Positions 1-8,160 of a stretch of DNA of 56,147 bases are shown here, piece after piece. How positions within the stretch are numbered: the first letter of the stretch is position 1; the number at the start of each line of letters is the position of its first letter. The translations under genes and the position numbers were made by a program. The stretch is from a virus (Duplodnaviria; Caudoviricetes). Location: IMG/VR virus record IMGVR_UViG_3300036760_000361, positions 1 through 56,147 of that record; one strand, 5' to 3'. The notes under the pieces were generated by a model. The model saw only the letters and a list, made by a program, of their open reading frames with translations, did no database searches and was not told the DNA's origin.

Positions 1-228
1 TCCACAGCTTTCCTTGTGTATACATTCAATACTTTCTCTCATCGAAATATTTATCACACTTTCCTAAGGGATTTACTTCATGTGGTAAATACGCCTCTCC
101 GAAACGATGAAGCCTATATAGTCTGCATCCTAGACCCGCATAGGTTTCGTGATAACTACAATTTAAACAACATTCTAAATCCTGAATAATATAATTTTCT
201 CTTTCATCAATCTCAAATTTTTCTTCTT
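1..228 (+). repeat. Terminal direct repeat, left copy (circular overlap)
   Basis: Identical to 55920-56147 except T128 versus C56047. Confidence 0.97.
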
Positions 229-247
229 TTAATTTTTTAATATCCAT
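26..247 (-). CDS. Small Cys-rich hypothetical protein
   Basis: CCxxC...C...C pattern; start overlaps the stop of 247..546. Confidence 0.7.
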   Translation of the reverse strand: MDIKKLKEEKFEIDERENYIIQDLECCLNCSYHETYAGLGCRLYRLHRFGEAYLPHEVNPLGKCDKYFDERKY

Positions 248-546
248 TAGTGTATCACCGTTACGTGAATTACTGCAATTAGAAATGCTATGATTGATGC
301 AAATATTATGGCAGATGATATTTGATTTCTCTTTGCTATATTAACTAATTCTTCGAGGTCTATATAGGGAAACATCCATTGGCGTGCTATATGAAAAAAA
401 ACCACAACAAAGGCAACCATAGATAATGCATATAGTTGTACATTGATTTGAGATGAATCTTGGAATACTATCATGGCTAATAGGATTGCTACTAAAAGGG
501 GAAATACTCTTTTAAGCTCATGCAATATATTTTTTATTTTTTGCAT
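247..546 (-). CDS. Putative holin / membrane protein with about 3 TM segments
   Basis: Three hydrophobic segments, FPYIDL motif, upstream of the lytic transglycosylase across the circular junction. Confidence 0.6.
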   Translation of the reverse strand: MQKIKNILHELKRVFPLLVAILLAMIVFQDSSQINVQLYALSMVAFVVVFFHIARQWMFPYIDLEELVNIAKRNQISSAIIFASIIAFLIAVIHVTVIH

Positions 547-827
547 ATCAATACCACATTATGTATCAATACCATGATATACATAATATTTAAAATTATT
601 AATACATATAGGAAAATAGATGGCAATTCTTTAGTAACCCATGCAACACCAATAGTTACAAGAATTTTATAAACAAAAAACCCTTCTATTCCACTGTGTT
701 TGATTATCAAGTTTGCTATTGGATTTTTTTCTACATAACCCAATCCCAATCCAATCGCAGTTGTTAAATAATCTGCAAATTGAAGGATAGCAAATAGACA
801 GAGCAATATGAAATTTAAATTACCCAT
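534..827 (-). CDS. DUF5658-like membrane protein
   Basis: D-x-L-T-T...G...E-x-N-P motif with hydrophobic helices. Confidence 0.7.
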   Translation of the reverse strand: MGNLNFILLCLFAILQFADYLTTAIGLGLGYVEKNPIANLIIKHSGIEGFFVYKILVTIGVAWVTKELPSIFLYVLIILNIMYIMVLIHNVVLICKK

Positions 828-834
828 TTTAAAA

Positions 835-1173
835 TTATTCGTAATATACTATAACTTCAAATGTATAATCAGAAGAACCACCAGCAGCCCCACTAAGAAC
901 AGCCCTTAATTTAAATCCAGAAAAAAGAGGTGCTTTTTCGTTAGTGGCACATATCTTTACACTATCTGTTTTTTCAGCAATTGCAGTCCCAGTTAGCAAC
1001 GTTCTACCACCTGGGCTAATTACAGATAAGGTAGTTGTTATTGAATCATTTGAGTAATCTGGGGTAGTAAATTCCCAACCGTGAAGACTATAACCTTGTT
1101 CCATTGGAATTGCTAAAGAATTAAAAGTTGTTCCTGTTGGATTAATTGTAATATAAACCTTTTTTATAAACAT
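835..1173 (-). CDS. Hypothetical beta-rich protein, possibly virion-associated
   Basis: ORF with RBS in the late operon; Thr/Ser/Gly-rich. Confidence 0.6.
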   Translation of the reverse strand: MFIKKVYITINPTGTTFNSLAIPMEQGYSLHGWEFTTPDYSNDSITTTLSVISPGGRTLLTGTAIAEKTDSVKICATNEKAPLFSGFKLRAVLSGAAGGSSDYTFEVIVYYE

Positions 1174-1175
1174 TC

Positions 1176-1418
1176 TTACCTCCCATAATCTCCATTTATT
1201 ATTTTTGTGTTATCACAGCAACAATGAAATTCACCCCTTCTGTAAAATTTTCCACAGTTCAAGCAATAAACCATTTCATCATCTGTAAAATCATCGTTGT
1301 CCTGATTAATATTACAGCTAATGTCTGGGAAATCCAGTGGATTGCATCTTGGACATTCTTCTACGAACGGGGCATAAACATTTCCACATTTGGGACATAT
1401 CCATCCCTTTATATTCAT
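1176..1418 (-). CDS. Zinc-ribbon protein
   Basis: GWICPKCGNVYAP...CPRC and a second CxxC; GGAGG-type RBS. Confidence 0.75.
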   Translation of the reverse strand: MNIKGWICPKCGNVYAPFVEECPRCNPLDFPDISCNINQDNDDFTDDEMVYCLNCGKFYRRGEFHCCCDNTKIINGDYGR

Positions 1419-1427
1419 GAAAACCTC

Positions 1428-1631
1428 CTATAAGGATAAATTTATTAGAACATCTACTGGCATGTACCTGGAATAGTCTTCGTCTTTGAGCAACTGCTTA
1501 ACCTTGGTCTTTGTTTTTACAGGATAGACCCTCTCACAATCGGGGCATACAAGAACTACTATAACATCCCCTTCCATGTTCTGGTACGATTCTATTTCCA
1601 GACCTGAGCCACAATGCTTACATTCTTGCAT
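1428..1631 (-). CDS. Zinc-ribbon protein, first gene of the leftward operon
   Basis: CKHCG...CPDC; likely start ATG 1631 after GGAAGGA. Confidence 0.7.
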   Translation of the reverse strand: MQECKHCGSGLEIESYQNMEGDVIVVLVCPDCERVYPVKTKTKVKQLLKDEDYSRYMPVDVLINLSL

Positions 1632-1669
1632 CTTAATCCTTCCAATATAAAATTTAATTTCATTATTAT

Positions 1670-1698
1670 ATAATAACATAAGGGTAATATTCAGTCAA
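1670..1698 (-). promoter_or_regulatory. Sigma70-type leftward (late-arm) promoter
   Basis: TTGACT-17 nt-TATTAT with extended -10 TG; spacer resembles the promoter at 49652-49681. Confidence 0.7.
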
Positions 1699-1824
1699 AT
1701 AACTATATAGCTAATTAAGTAAATATATATAGCATAAATAGATATGCTTCATAAGTTACTGAAATATCTTAAAAAATTTAAACTATCCCTCAGCAGGAAA
1801 AAATCAGGAGGTACCAAAATAGAC

Positions 1825-2265
1825 CCTTGCTTACACACTATAGTGCGTATACCCTAATCAACAACATATTGAAATTAAAAGATAAATTGGCATTTCCCTT
1901 TTGAGTAGCTTACACACAATAGTGCGTAAAGAACAATTCCCTTATATTAATAATATATATATACTTGTATTACCAAGTATATCTATATACTAAGTAATAT
2001 ATATATTATTAAAGAGTATATATATTATTAAAAAGAAAATACTTAGTGAAACTTCGTTTCAGCGGTAAACCGCTGATTTTATTCACTTTTTTAAACCCCT
2101 ATGCACTATAGTGCGTAAGTAGTTACCACCTCAGCGAAAGGAAAGTCATTGATATTTTTGAATAATTCGATTTTGCCCTACACACTATAGTGTGTAAGCG
2201 CAAATTTACCACACCAGTGTGTCAATTTTACCACAGTATAGGTGTGTCAAAAATACCACAGTATA
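1825..2265. repeat. Origin-like locus A: four 18-bp palindromes, AT-rich core, hairpins and direct repeats
   Basis: TAYRCAC(T/A)ATAGTGYGTA at 1832, 1911, 2100 and 2179; AT-rich 1945-2040; GTGTGTCAAWWWTACCACAGTATA at 2217 and 2242. Confidence 0.8.
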
Positions 2266-2604
2266 CCCTAATGGAAATTTTACAGAAAATTTTTTCAGGA
2301 AAAAGATATTTTGGAAATATGGATATATTGGGTATATGGGGGGTATATAGCCATAGAAATTTTTTTATAATCAATGGGTTATGATAATTGGTTAAAGTAA
2401 TGGATTATGTATGGGTTTAGATACAGTTTATAAATAGTAGCCTATGACACATGCAATGGGGATTATCGTAAGTAAGGGGGGTCTCATCAGCAATCGGGGC
2501 GATGCCACCTTTTCCAGTAAAAGTAATTCTTTTTTTCCATAAGCCTTTTCCCCTTAAGGTCTTTAAAAAAAATTTTCTTTTTCCATTAGAAGTTTAAATT
2601 CAAT

Positions 2605-3045
2605 TATTAAAATGTTTAACTATAGTTATAAAAATCCTTAATAATAGTTATTAACAATTTTAATAATAAATATTAAAATCTCTAATAATGGTTATTAGAA
2701 AGTTTAATAGATGATATTAATATTATCAATAGTACCTATAGGGATATTCAATAATATCTATTAAGATATGTAATAGTCTTATTAAAAGAATTAATGGATA
2801 GTATAGGAATTATCAATAATCCTTATAGGTAAAAGTGATAATATCTATTAAAGGAATTAATAACATTATAAGAATATTTAATAGATATTGAGTAAGGTTA
2901 TATCAAGTATATTGAGTAGTATCGTATCAATAGATATGATAAGGAGTGTATCAAGTGATATTGATATTATCTATGATAACTATAGGAATATTCAATAATG
3001 TTGATTAAGGTATTTAATGGTTATATTAAAAGATTTAATGTCAGG
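2605..3045. repeat. Degenerate 21-22-bp tandem array of TATTA-N7-TAATA-like palindromes
   Basis: Units start at 2605, 2627, 2649, 2671, 2693, 2715, 2737, 2759, 2780, 2802, 2824, 2846, 2867, then 2981, 3003, 3024. Confidence 0.8.
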
Positions 3046-3562
3046 AATATGATAAGGTATCAAGCATGAATGGTTTCTTCAATCCCCTCATTTAACAGAT
3101 TTAAGCTTTGATATAATCCTACTAAAGATGGTTTATATCACTCATATAAATAGACTTTATAATGACTTATATATAGCTATTAACTAATCTATAATTAATG
3201 TTACCTATTGTTACCTTTATAGATACTATATATAGTATTGTGTATCTAACCGCTATACCATATATAGATATTTGTATCCATTGGATACAGTTTTTTAAGA
3301 TAGTTTTTAGGATTTTCTGTATAGCTCTTAAACCTTACCTTGTCTTCCTACTGCTATGCTATGCTACATGCTATTACATGCTATTGTATATTAATGCTTT
3401 ATGGTATAATAAACCTTTATATACTATTTCATTAAAGGATTTTGACGTTTGCTTTCAATAACCTTATCAAAAGGATGGGCTTACAGGTAAAATTGACATG
3501 ATATGTTATTTTTTAACAAAAAATGTTACTTTGGCATGGCATAAAAAATTAAAATCATTTAT

Positions 3563-3575
3563 TATCAATAACTTA
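3563..3575 (+). promoter_or_regulatory. IHF-binding site consensus
   Basis: TATCAATAACTTA matches WATCAANNNNTTR, 14 bp upstream of a sigma54 motif. Confidence 0.6.
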
Positions 3576-3589
3576 TAGAGATATAAAGC

Positions 3590-3605
3590 TGGCATGGCAC
3601 TTGCT
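3590..3605 (+). promoter_or_regulatory. Sigma54 (-24/-12) promoter
   Basis: TGGCATGGCACTTGCT has exact GG-N10-GC spacing; about 30 nt upstream of the first + strand gene. Confidence 0.7.
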
Positions 3606-3636
3606 ATATTTTAAAAAATGAAAGGACGGTGAGAAA

Positions 3637-3870
3637 ATGGAGACAATTAAATGCGACAAATGCGGTAAAGACATGCAATCGGTAGCAGTTGCACCGCAAA
3701 CACCTAAGAAAAAATTTGTATGTGATTGCGGTCATGCAGTAACAATTATAAAGATGGTAAATGTGATAGGCTTTAATTTAACAGATAATGGATACAAATG
3801 GATACTTGACACAGGTCAAGTTGTATCAACAGATGAGTTGATTAAACTCACCCTAAAAAATAAACAATAG
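3637..3870 (+). CDS. Zinc-ribbon hypothetical protein
   Basis: CDKCG...CDCG; RBS present. Confidence 0.7.
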   Translation: METIKCDKCGKDMQSVAVAPQTPKKKFVCDCGHAVTIIKMVNVIGFNLTDNGYKWILDTGQVVSTDELIKLTLKNKQ

Positions 3871-3899
3871 TATAATTAACAAAATAAGGAGATAGTATA

Positions 3900-4211
3900 A
3901 TGAAAGGTAAAATAAGCATAGTAACAGACAAAGGTAAAAGCACAATTACTTATTATATGGGCAATCAAATGGGAACTTCACTTAGTATATTACTAAGCGA
4001 GGTAGGGTGTCCGAGATTCTGGAGTAAGTATCCTACTCGGTACAATCCTGTAGGATATGATAGTGACATTAGGCTTAGCCATATTGTAGCAAACGCTCAC
4101 AAGTTAGGTCTACCTCCTACTGATTTATTGTATCGCATGATAGACTATCATCATACTGCAATAAAGACACATCAATATGATGTATCCGAGTGTAGCATAG
4201 AATTGGCATGA
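3900..4211 (+). CDS. Hypothetical protein
   Basis: AGGAG RBS; ATGA overlap with the next gene. Confidence 0.65.
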   Translation: MKGKISIVTDKGKSTITYYMGNQMGTSLSILLSEVGCPRFWSKYPTRYNPVGYDSDIRLSHIVANAHKLGLPPTDLLYRMIDYHHTAIKTHQYDVSECSIELA

Positions 4212-4600
4212 AAAGCATTAATGACATAATGGAAGTAAAAAAGATAGCGGATACCCTGTTAGAGTATTATGGATATTCTAACAGGGTAAATGTTATATTA
4301 AGAAAAAGTTCTTGTTCATTCATTAAACCCCTTAAGAATGAGATTACTGTGAGCCTTGTTGATGCAAGTACTAATGAGCAGATAGCTATCCATGAGATAG
4401 CTCATCTGATTACATTCCTTAGACATGGATTTATTTATAAAAACAAGAAGCGAATATCTCACGGCAAAGAGTTTATGGCTACCTTACTCGAATTAATCAA
4501 TCTATGGTATAAGGATACTGATAGATATAACTGGTACTTAGAGTATCCTTGTTTGCAGGGGTGGTACAAGCAATACAAGCTACGAAAAGAAAAAATATGA
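4208..4600 (+). CDS. SprT-like zincin metalloprotease
   Basis: HEIAH zinc motif plus downstream HGKEF motif. Confidence 0.75.
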   Translation: MKSINDIMEVKKIADTLLEYYGYSNRVNVILRKSSCSFIKPLKNEITVSLVDASTNEQIAIHEIAHLITFLRHGFIYKNKKRISHGKEFMATLLELINLWYKDTDRYNWYLEYPCLQGWYKQYKLRKEKI

Positions 4601-4803
4601 AAAAGATAAAAACTATAAGATTAAAGGAAAAACATAATGAATAAAAGAAAAGACACAATAAATAAATTGTTTACCGCTATTCTTGCAAAAAAAGTAGTTT
4701 CATATTATGCAAGGATGCAATGTCCATCTTATAAAAACAAAACAATAGTAGACTGCATGTATTGTATAAACTATAGTATATGTAATCCCAAAAAATATCT
4801 ACC

Positions 4804-5985
4804 ATGAAAAAGTTTTTATTTTGTCAATTCAGTAACAAACTCCTTAATCCTAAAAATGACAGTTTGTCTGATAGGTATTATAATGCTCTTTATGAGCATA
4901 AGGAGCAGGATGGCTATTATAGAGATAATAACTTCTTTGAATTGCCATTGTGGATAGCCGAGACATGCGGTTGTCTAACTGGTAATTTCAGAAAAGAGTT
5001 ATATATCATTACAGACATCAAACAAGCCATTAAGGACATTAGAGAAAAGTATGCCGATTACGTGCTTTTCTCTGTGTTAGACGTTAACAAGGAATATGTA
5101 GCCGAGATAGCAAGGCATTATTTAGGCAAGGCTAAAGTCTGTGTCGGTGGTTACATAGATTTTAGCTACTTCCACAATAAGAATATTCATATCTTCAATG
5201 GCATTAAGGATTTTATTGAGTACTTAGGCTTGAAGTATGAATATAACCTCGATTATAGTCTATTCTCTGCATATAAGACAATTCCCCGCTTAACACTAAG
5301 TAAAGGTTGCCTCAACCGCTGTAAATTTTGCACCGTAGAAAAAACCGTGACAGCTGTTAGTGAACTTGACATCTTAAAACAAATAGAAAGCTTTAGAGTG
5401 TTGCGGTTTAGGCTCATTTACCTTAATGATAAAACCTTTGGGCAAGCTCAAAATTTTACTATGTTATATGACTTATATAATATAGTAAAAGAATATAATC
5501 CTGATTTTTTGGGCTTTATAATTCAAACAACTTGCATGAATATTCTTGATAATAGTATACAAGAATTGCTTGAAAAAGGTATAATCTATGCTGTGGAGAT
5601 AGGTATAGAAACATTCAATGATAATTTACTCTATGCATTGAGTAAACCTCAAACAGAGCAAACAATAATTGATGCAATAGAAACTTTGAAAAAATATCAA
5701 GTAAGAATTATACCAAATATAATTATAGGTATACTCAATGAAAATGAATATACTTATGATAAAACCTTGAATTTTTTAAGGCATTATCAAAAGGATATTT
5801 ATTTATTGAATATCTATAACCTTGCTGTGTATGAAAATACAGAGCTATCACAAGAGATTATTAAGAACAGTGATAGCGATATTAATGAGAATATCACAGA
5901 TAAAAGTTTCTATTCTAAGTCTCAAAAAATAGCTAATGAAAAATTCTATAATGAAATATTTAAATTAGCTATGGAGATATTATGA
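4804..5985 (+). CDS. Radical SAM protein, possibly with an N-terminal cobalamin-binding-like domain
   Basis: SKGCLNRCKFC (CxxxCxxC), LNDKTF, IGIET and IIIGI motifs; N-terminal alpha/beta region ending VCVGG. Confidence 0.85.
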   Translation: MKKFLFCQFSNKLLNPKNDSLSDRYYNALYEHKEQDGYYRDNNFFELPLWIAETCGCLTGNFRKELYIITDIKQAIKDIREKYADYVLFSVLDVNKEYVAEIARHYLGKAKVCVGGYIDFSYFHNKNIHIFNGIKDFIEYLGLKYEYNLDYSLFSAYKTIPRLTLSKGCLNRCKFCTVEKTVTAVSELDILKQIESFRVLRFRLIYLNDKTFGQAQNFTMLYDLYNIVKEYNPDFLGFIIQTTCMNILDNSIQELLEKGIIYAVEIGIETFNDNLLYALSKPQTEQTIIDAIETLKKYQVRIIPNIIIGILNENEYTYDKTLNFLRHYQKDIYLLNIYNLAVYENTELSQEIIKNSDSDINENITDKSFYSKSQKIANEKFYNEIFKLAMEIL

Positions 5986-6587
5986 AAAACATAGAAAAGT
6001 ATTTCTCCTTAGCTAATGACACAGAAGTAAAGAATGGATTAAGCTGGTATTCTAATAGCCATAACTGCATATCTGAAATTGCAGATAAATATGGCATAGA
6101 ACATGAGATAGCCTATGCTGTTACTTCTGCATTATCCCCTCGCTGTATATGGGAAACTAACCTGAAAGACTTAGAAAAAGTTTTAGAATGGCATACAAGT
6201 TTTAGTAAAAAATCATATTTACCTATAGTTACTACCTATGTACATAATTTGAAAAAGGCAATTAATACTTTACAGTCTAAGAACACTAACGTTTTTAAAA
6301 CCTGTAAAACTTTTAATTTTTTTAATAACTTGCTTAATCCTGAAAGCGGTGATTATGTTACCATTGATGGCCATTCTATAAATATTTATTATGGAAAAAC
6401 TGGCATGGTAAAACATAAACATTTTACAAAAAAATATTACAATAGAATAGCTATGGCTTATCGCAAGGTAGCCAAAAAATATAATATATTGCCGTGTCAA
6501 ATGCAAGCTATCACATGGCTTGCATTTAAACGTATCCACAATATAAGAGTTAACTGGAGATACTATCAAGGGGATTTACCGTTTTAG
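5982..6587 (+). CDS. DUF7178-like phage protein (HhH glycosylase-like fold suspected)
   Basis: G-x-x-WY, SALSP...W-x-x-N, KT-x-N-F, VTIDGH and QAITW motifs. Confidence 0.65.
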   Translation: MKNIEKYFSLANDTEVKNGLSWYSNSHNCISEIADKYGIEHEIAYAVTSALSPRCIWETNLKDLEKVLEWHTSFSKKSYLPIVTTYVHNLKKAINTLQSKNTNVFKTCKTFNFFNNLLNPESGDYVTIDGHSINIYYGKTGMVKHKHFTKKYYNRIAMAYRKVAKKYNILPCQMQAITWLAFKRIHNIRVNWRYYQGDLPF

Positions 6588-6589
6588 CT

Positions 6590-7081
6590 ATGAATAAAGA
6601 ATTATTTAAACACCTATCCGATAAACATAACTTGAATGAGTCAGGATATTTTTATTCTAATGGCATACGGTTTTTGCGTGTCAAAGGTAACAATACTCAA
6701 ATTGAAATACTCGCATCTGAAAAGGAATTAATACAAAAGAAAAGTAAAATTGTATTTATACATAATCATCCTGTGGAAGATTGGAGTTTATCAGGATTAG
6801 ACATAAACGCTATGTTACAATTAAATATCAAAAGAATTATAGCAGTTAGCAATAAAAAAACATATATTTTAGAGCTAAAGGATGATATTAACGAAAAGGA
6901 AAAACAAGGTTTTTATGCAGAGCTAAGTAAGATTATGAATACTGCATTGAAAGTAACTAATAATTATGACAATACAAGGAATGATTTTATTGTTAGAGAA
7001 TTTGTAAAACTTAGTAATAAATTTGAATATTCTATTATAGAGAATGAAAAAGTAAATCCTGAAAGTCTAATAATGTTATGA
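6590..7081 (+). CDS. JAB/MPN-like domain protein
   Basis: HNHP...SLSGLD (HxH...S-x-x-D) metal-binding motif. Confidence 0.65.
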   Translation: MNKELFKHLSDKHNLNESGYFYSNGIRFLRVKGNNTQIEILASEKELIQKKSKIVFIHNHPVEDWSLSGLDINAMLQLNIKRIIAVSNKKTYILELKDDINEKEKQGFYAELSKIMNTALKVTNNYDNTRNDFIVREFVKLSNKFEYSIIENEKVNPESLIML

Positions 7082-7556
7082 AAAGGTTATATGAAGTTGA
7101 AATATTATCTATTAGTTACTGTAGCTATGGATTAGCCTATAGCTACTATAACTATTGTTGTAATATTGATATTGTATTGTTATTAGCCTTAACGGCTATA
7201 GGAGCTTATGTTTATGACCATCATAGACTACTTAAGATATAATAATAAGGCCGGGGATTTACTCGGTTTTAAACCTCAAACTCAGATAACTATAGTTAAG
7301 AAAAGATACTTTTGTATAGCTAAGGTTAAGTATATCCCTATCGGTAAAGCCATAAACCATTGTCTTAAGATTGACTGCAAAGCCTTAAGGCATTTTAGTA
7401 AAAACCATAAATCAATGAAAGGAAAGTGAGAAAATGAAAAAGTGTAAAGTATGCAGTTGTAAAATTGAAGTAAGTGATAGTGAGATATGTAAGTCTTGTG
7501 AGGATTGGTATTTTATACTGTATTATAAGTATAAAATATATCCTTACATACTTGAT

Positions 7557-7572
7557 TGGCATGAAACTTGCT
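7557..7572 (+). promoter_or_regulatory. Second sigma54 (-24/-12) promoter
   Basis: TGGCATGAAACTTGCT (GG-N10-GC), about 35 nt before the ATG at 7607, which has a GGAGGT RBS. Confidence 0.6.
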
Positions 7573-7606
7573 AATAAAAAGTAGAAATATGAAGGGAGGT
7601 CGAAAA

Positions 7607-7870
7607 ATGACAAGATATACCTTATATACTGAATATAAATATGGCTTAGTAGAATTAGTGAGTAAGTATTTTAAAAGTGCTACTATTCATTATGGCATCG
7701 GATTATGGCATGGTAACATTGAACACTGTGCTATGATAGAGATTATTATAGATGAGACCGATAAGAATGCTGATATACCTTTAGATAGCTTAGTATATGA
7801 TATTAAGGTTATTAATGAGCAAGAAACCGTTATGGTTGTAAAAGATAATCCGATAATCTGGTATTTGTAA
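7607..7870 (+). CDS. Small PII/ferredoxin-like protein, possible SAM-lyase or DUF3574 relative
   Basis: G-x-W-x-G-x-x-E and C-terminal QE-x-V-hydrophobic pattern; strong RBS. Confidence 0.45.
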   Translation: MTRYTLYTEYKYGLVELVSKYFKSATIHYGIGLWHGNIEHCAMIEIIIDETDKNADIPLDSLVYDIKVINEQETVMVVKDNPIIWYL

Positions 7871-7878
7871 AAAAACTC

Positions 7879-7907
7879 TTGACAAAACTATCAATCTGTG
7901 ATAGTGT
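7879..7907 (+). promoter_or_regulatory. Sigma70-type promoter
   Basis: TTGACA-17 nt-TAGTGT with extended -10 TG, intergenic. Confidence 0.55.
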
Positions 7908-7919
7908 AAAAGGAAGATT

Positions 7920-8159
7920 ATGGAAAAAGAAACTAAAGAGACCGAAAAAGAGAACAGAATAAAGGGAAGGTTTGAGAAGGAAAATAATAAAATCTTCCTG
8001 TGGTGTTATAAGGATGTACATTGGCAATACATTGACGTATGCAAGGCAAAGTGCTCAGAAAGAAGACAGAATAAATGTTATTCTTATAGACTTCTCATAG
8101 GGAATCCTATGAGAAATAGAAAGACAAAAAGAGAAGTCCGAAAAAACAAGGAGGGTTAA
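7920..8159 (+). CDS. Basic hypothetical protein
   Basis: ORF directly after a promoter, packed against the next gene. Confidence 0.6.
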   Translation: MEKETKETEKENRIKGRFEKENNKIFLWCYKDVHWQYIDVCKAKCSERRQNKCYSYRLLIGNPMRNRKTKREVRKNKEG

Positions 8160-8160
8160 A

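Noticed and set aside
1832-2196. Protelomerase (telRL-like) or parS site
   Set aside because: The palindromes are short and multiple, do not match the parS consensus, and no protelomerase or ParAB gene was recognised
2605-3045. CRISPR mini-array
   Set aside because: No invariant repeat with 30-40-nt unique spacers; the period is only 22 bp
3348-3400. Short TGCTA/CATGCTA repeats
   Set aside because: Too short and irregular to distinguish from slippage
2190-3461. ORFs 2190..2384 and 3198..3461
   Set aside because: Low-complexity regulatory DNA, no clear RBS, atypical composition
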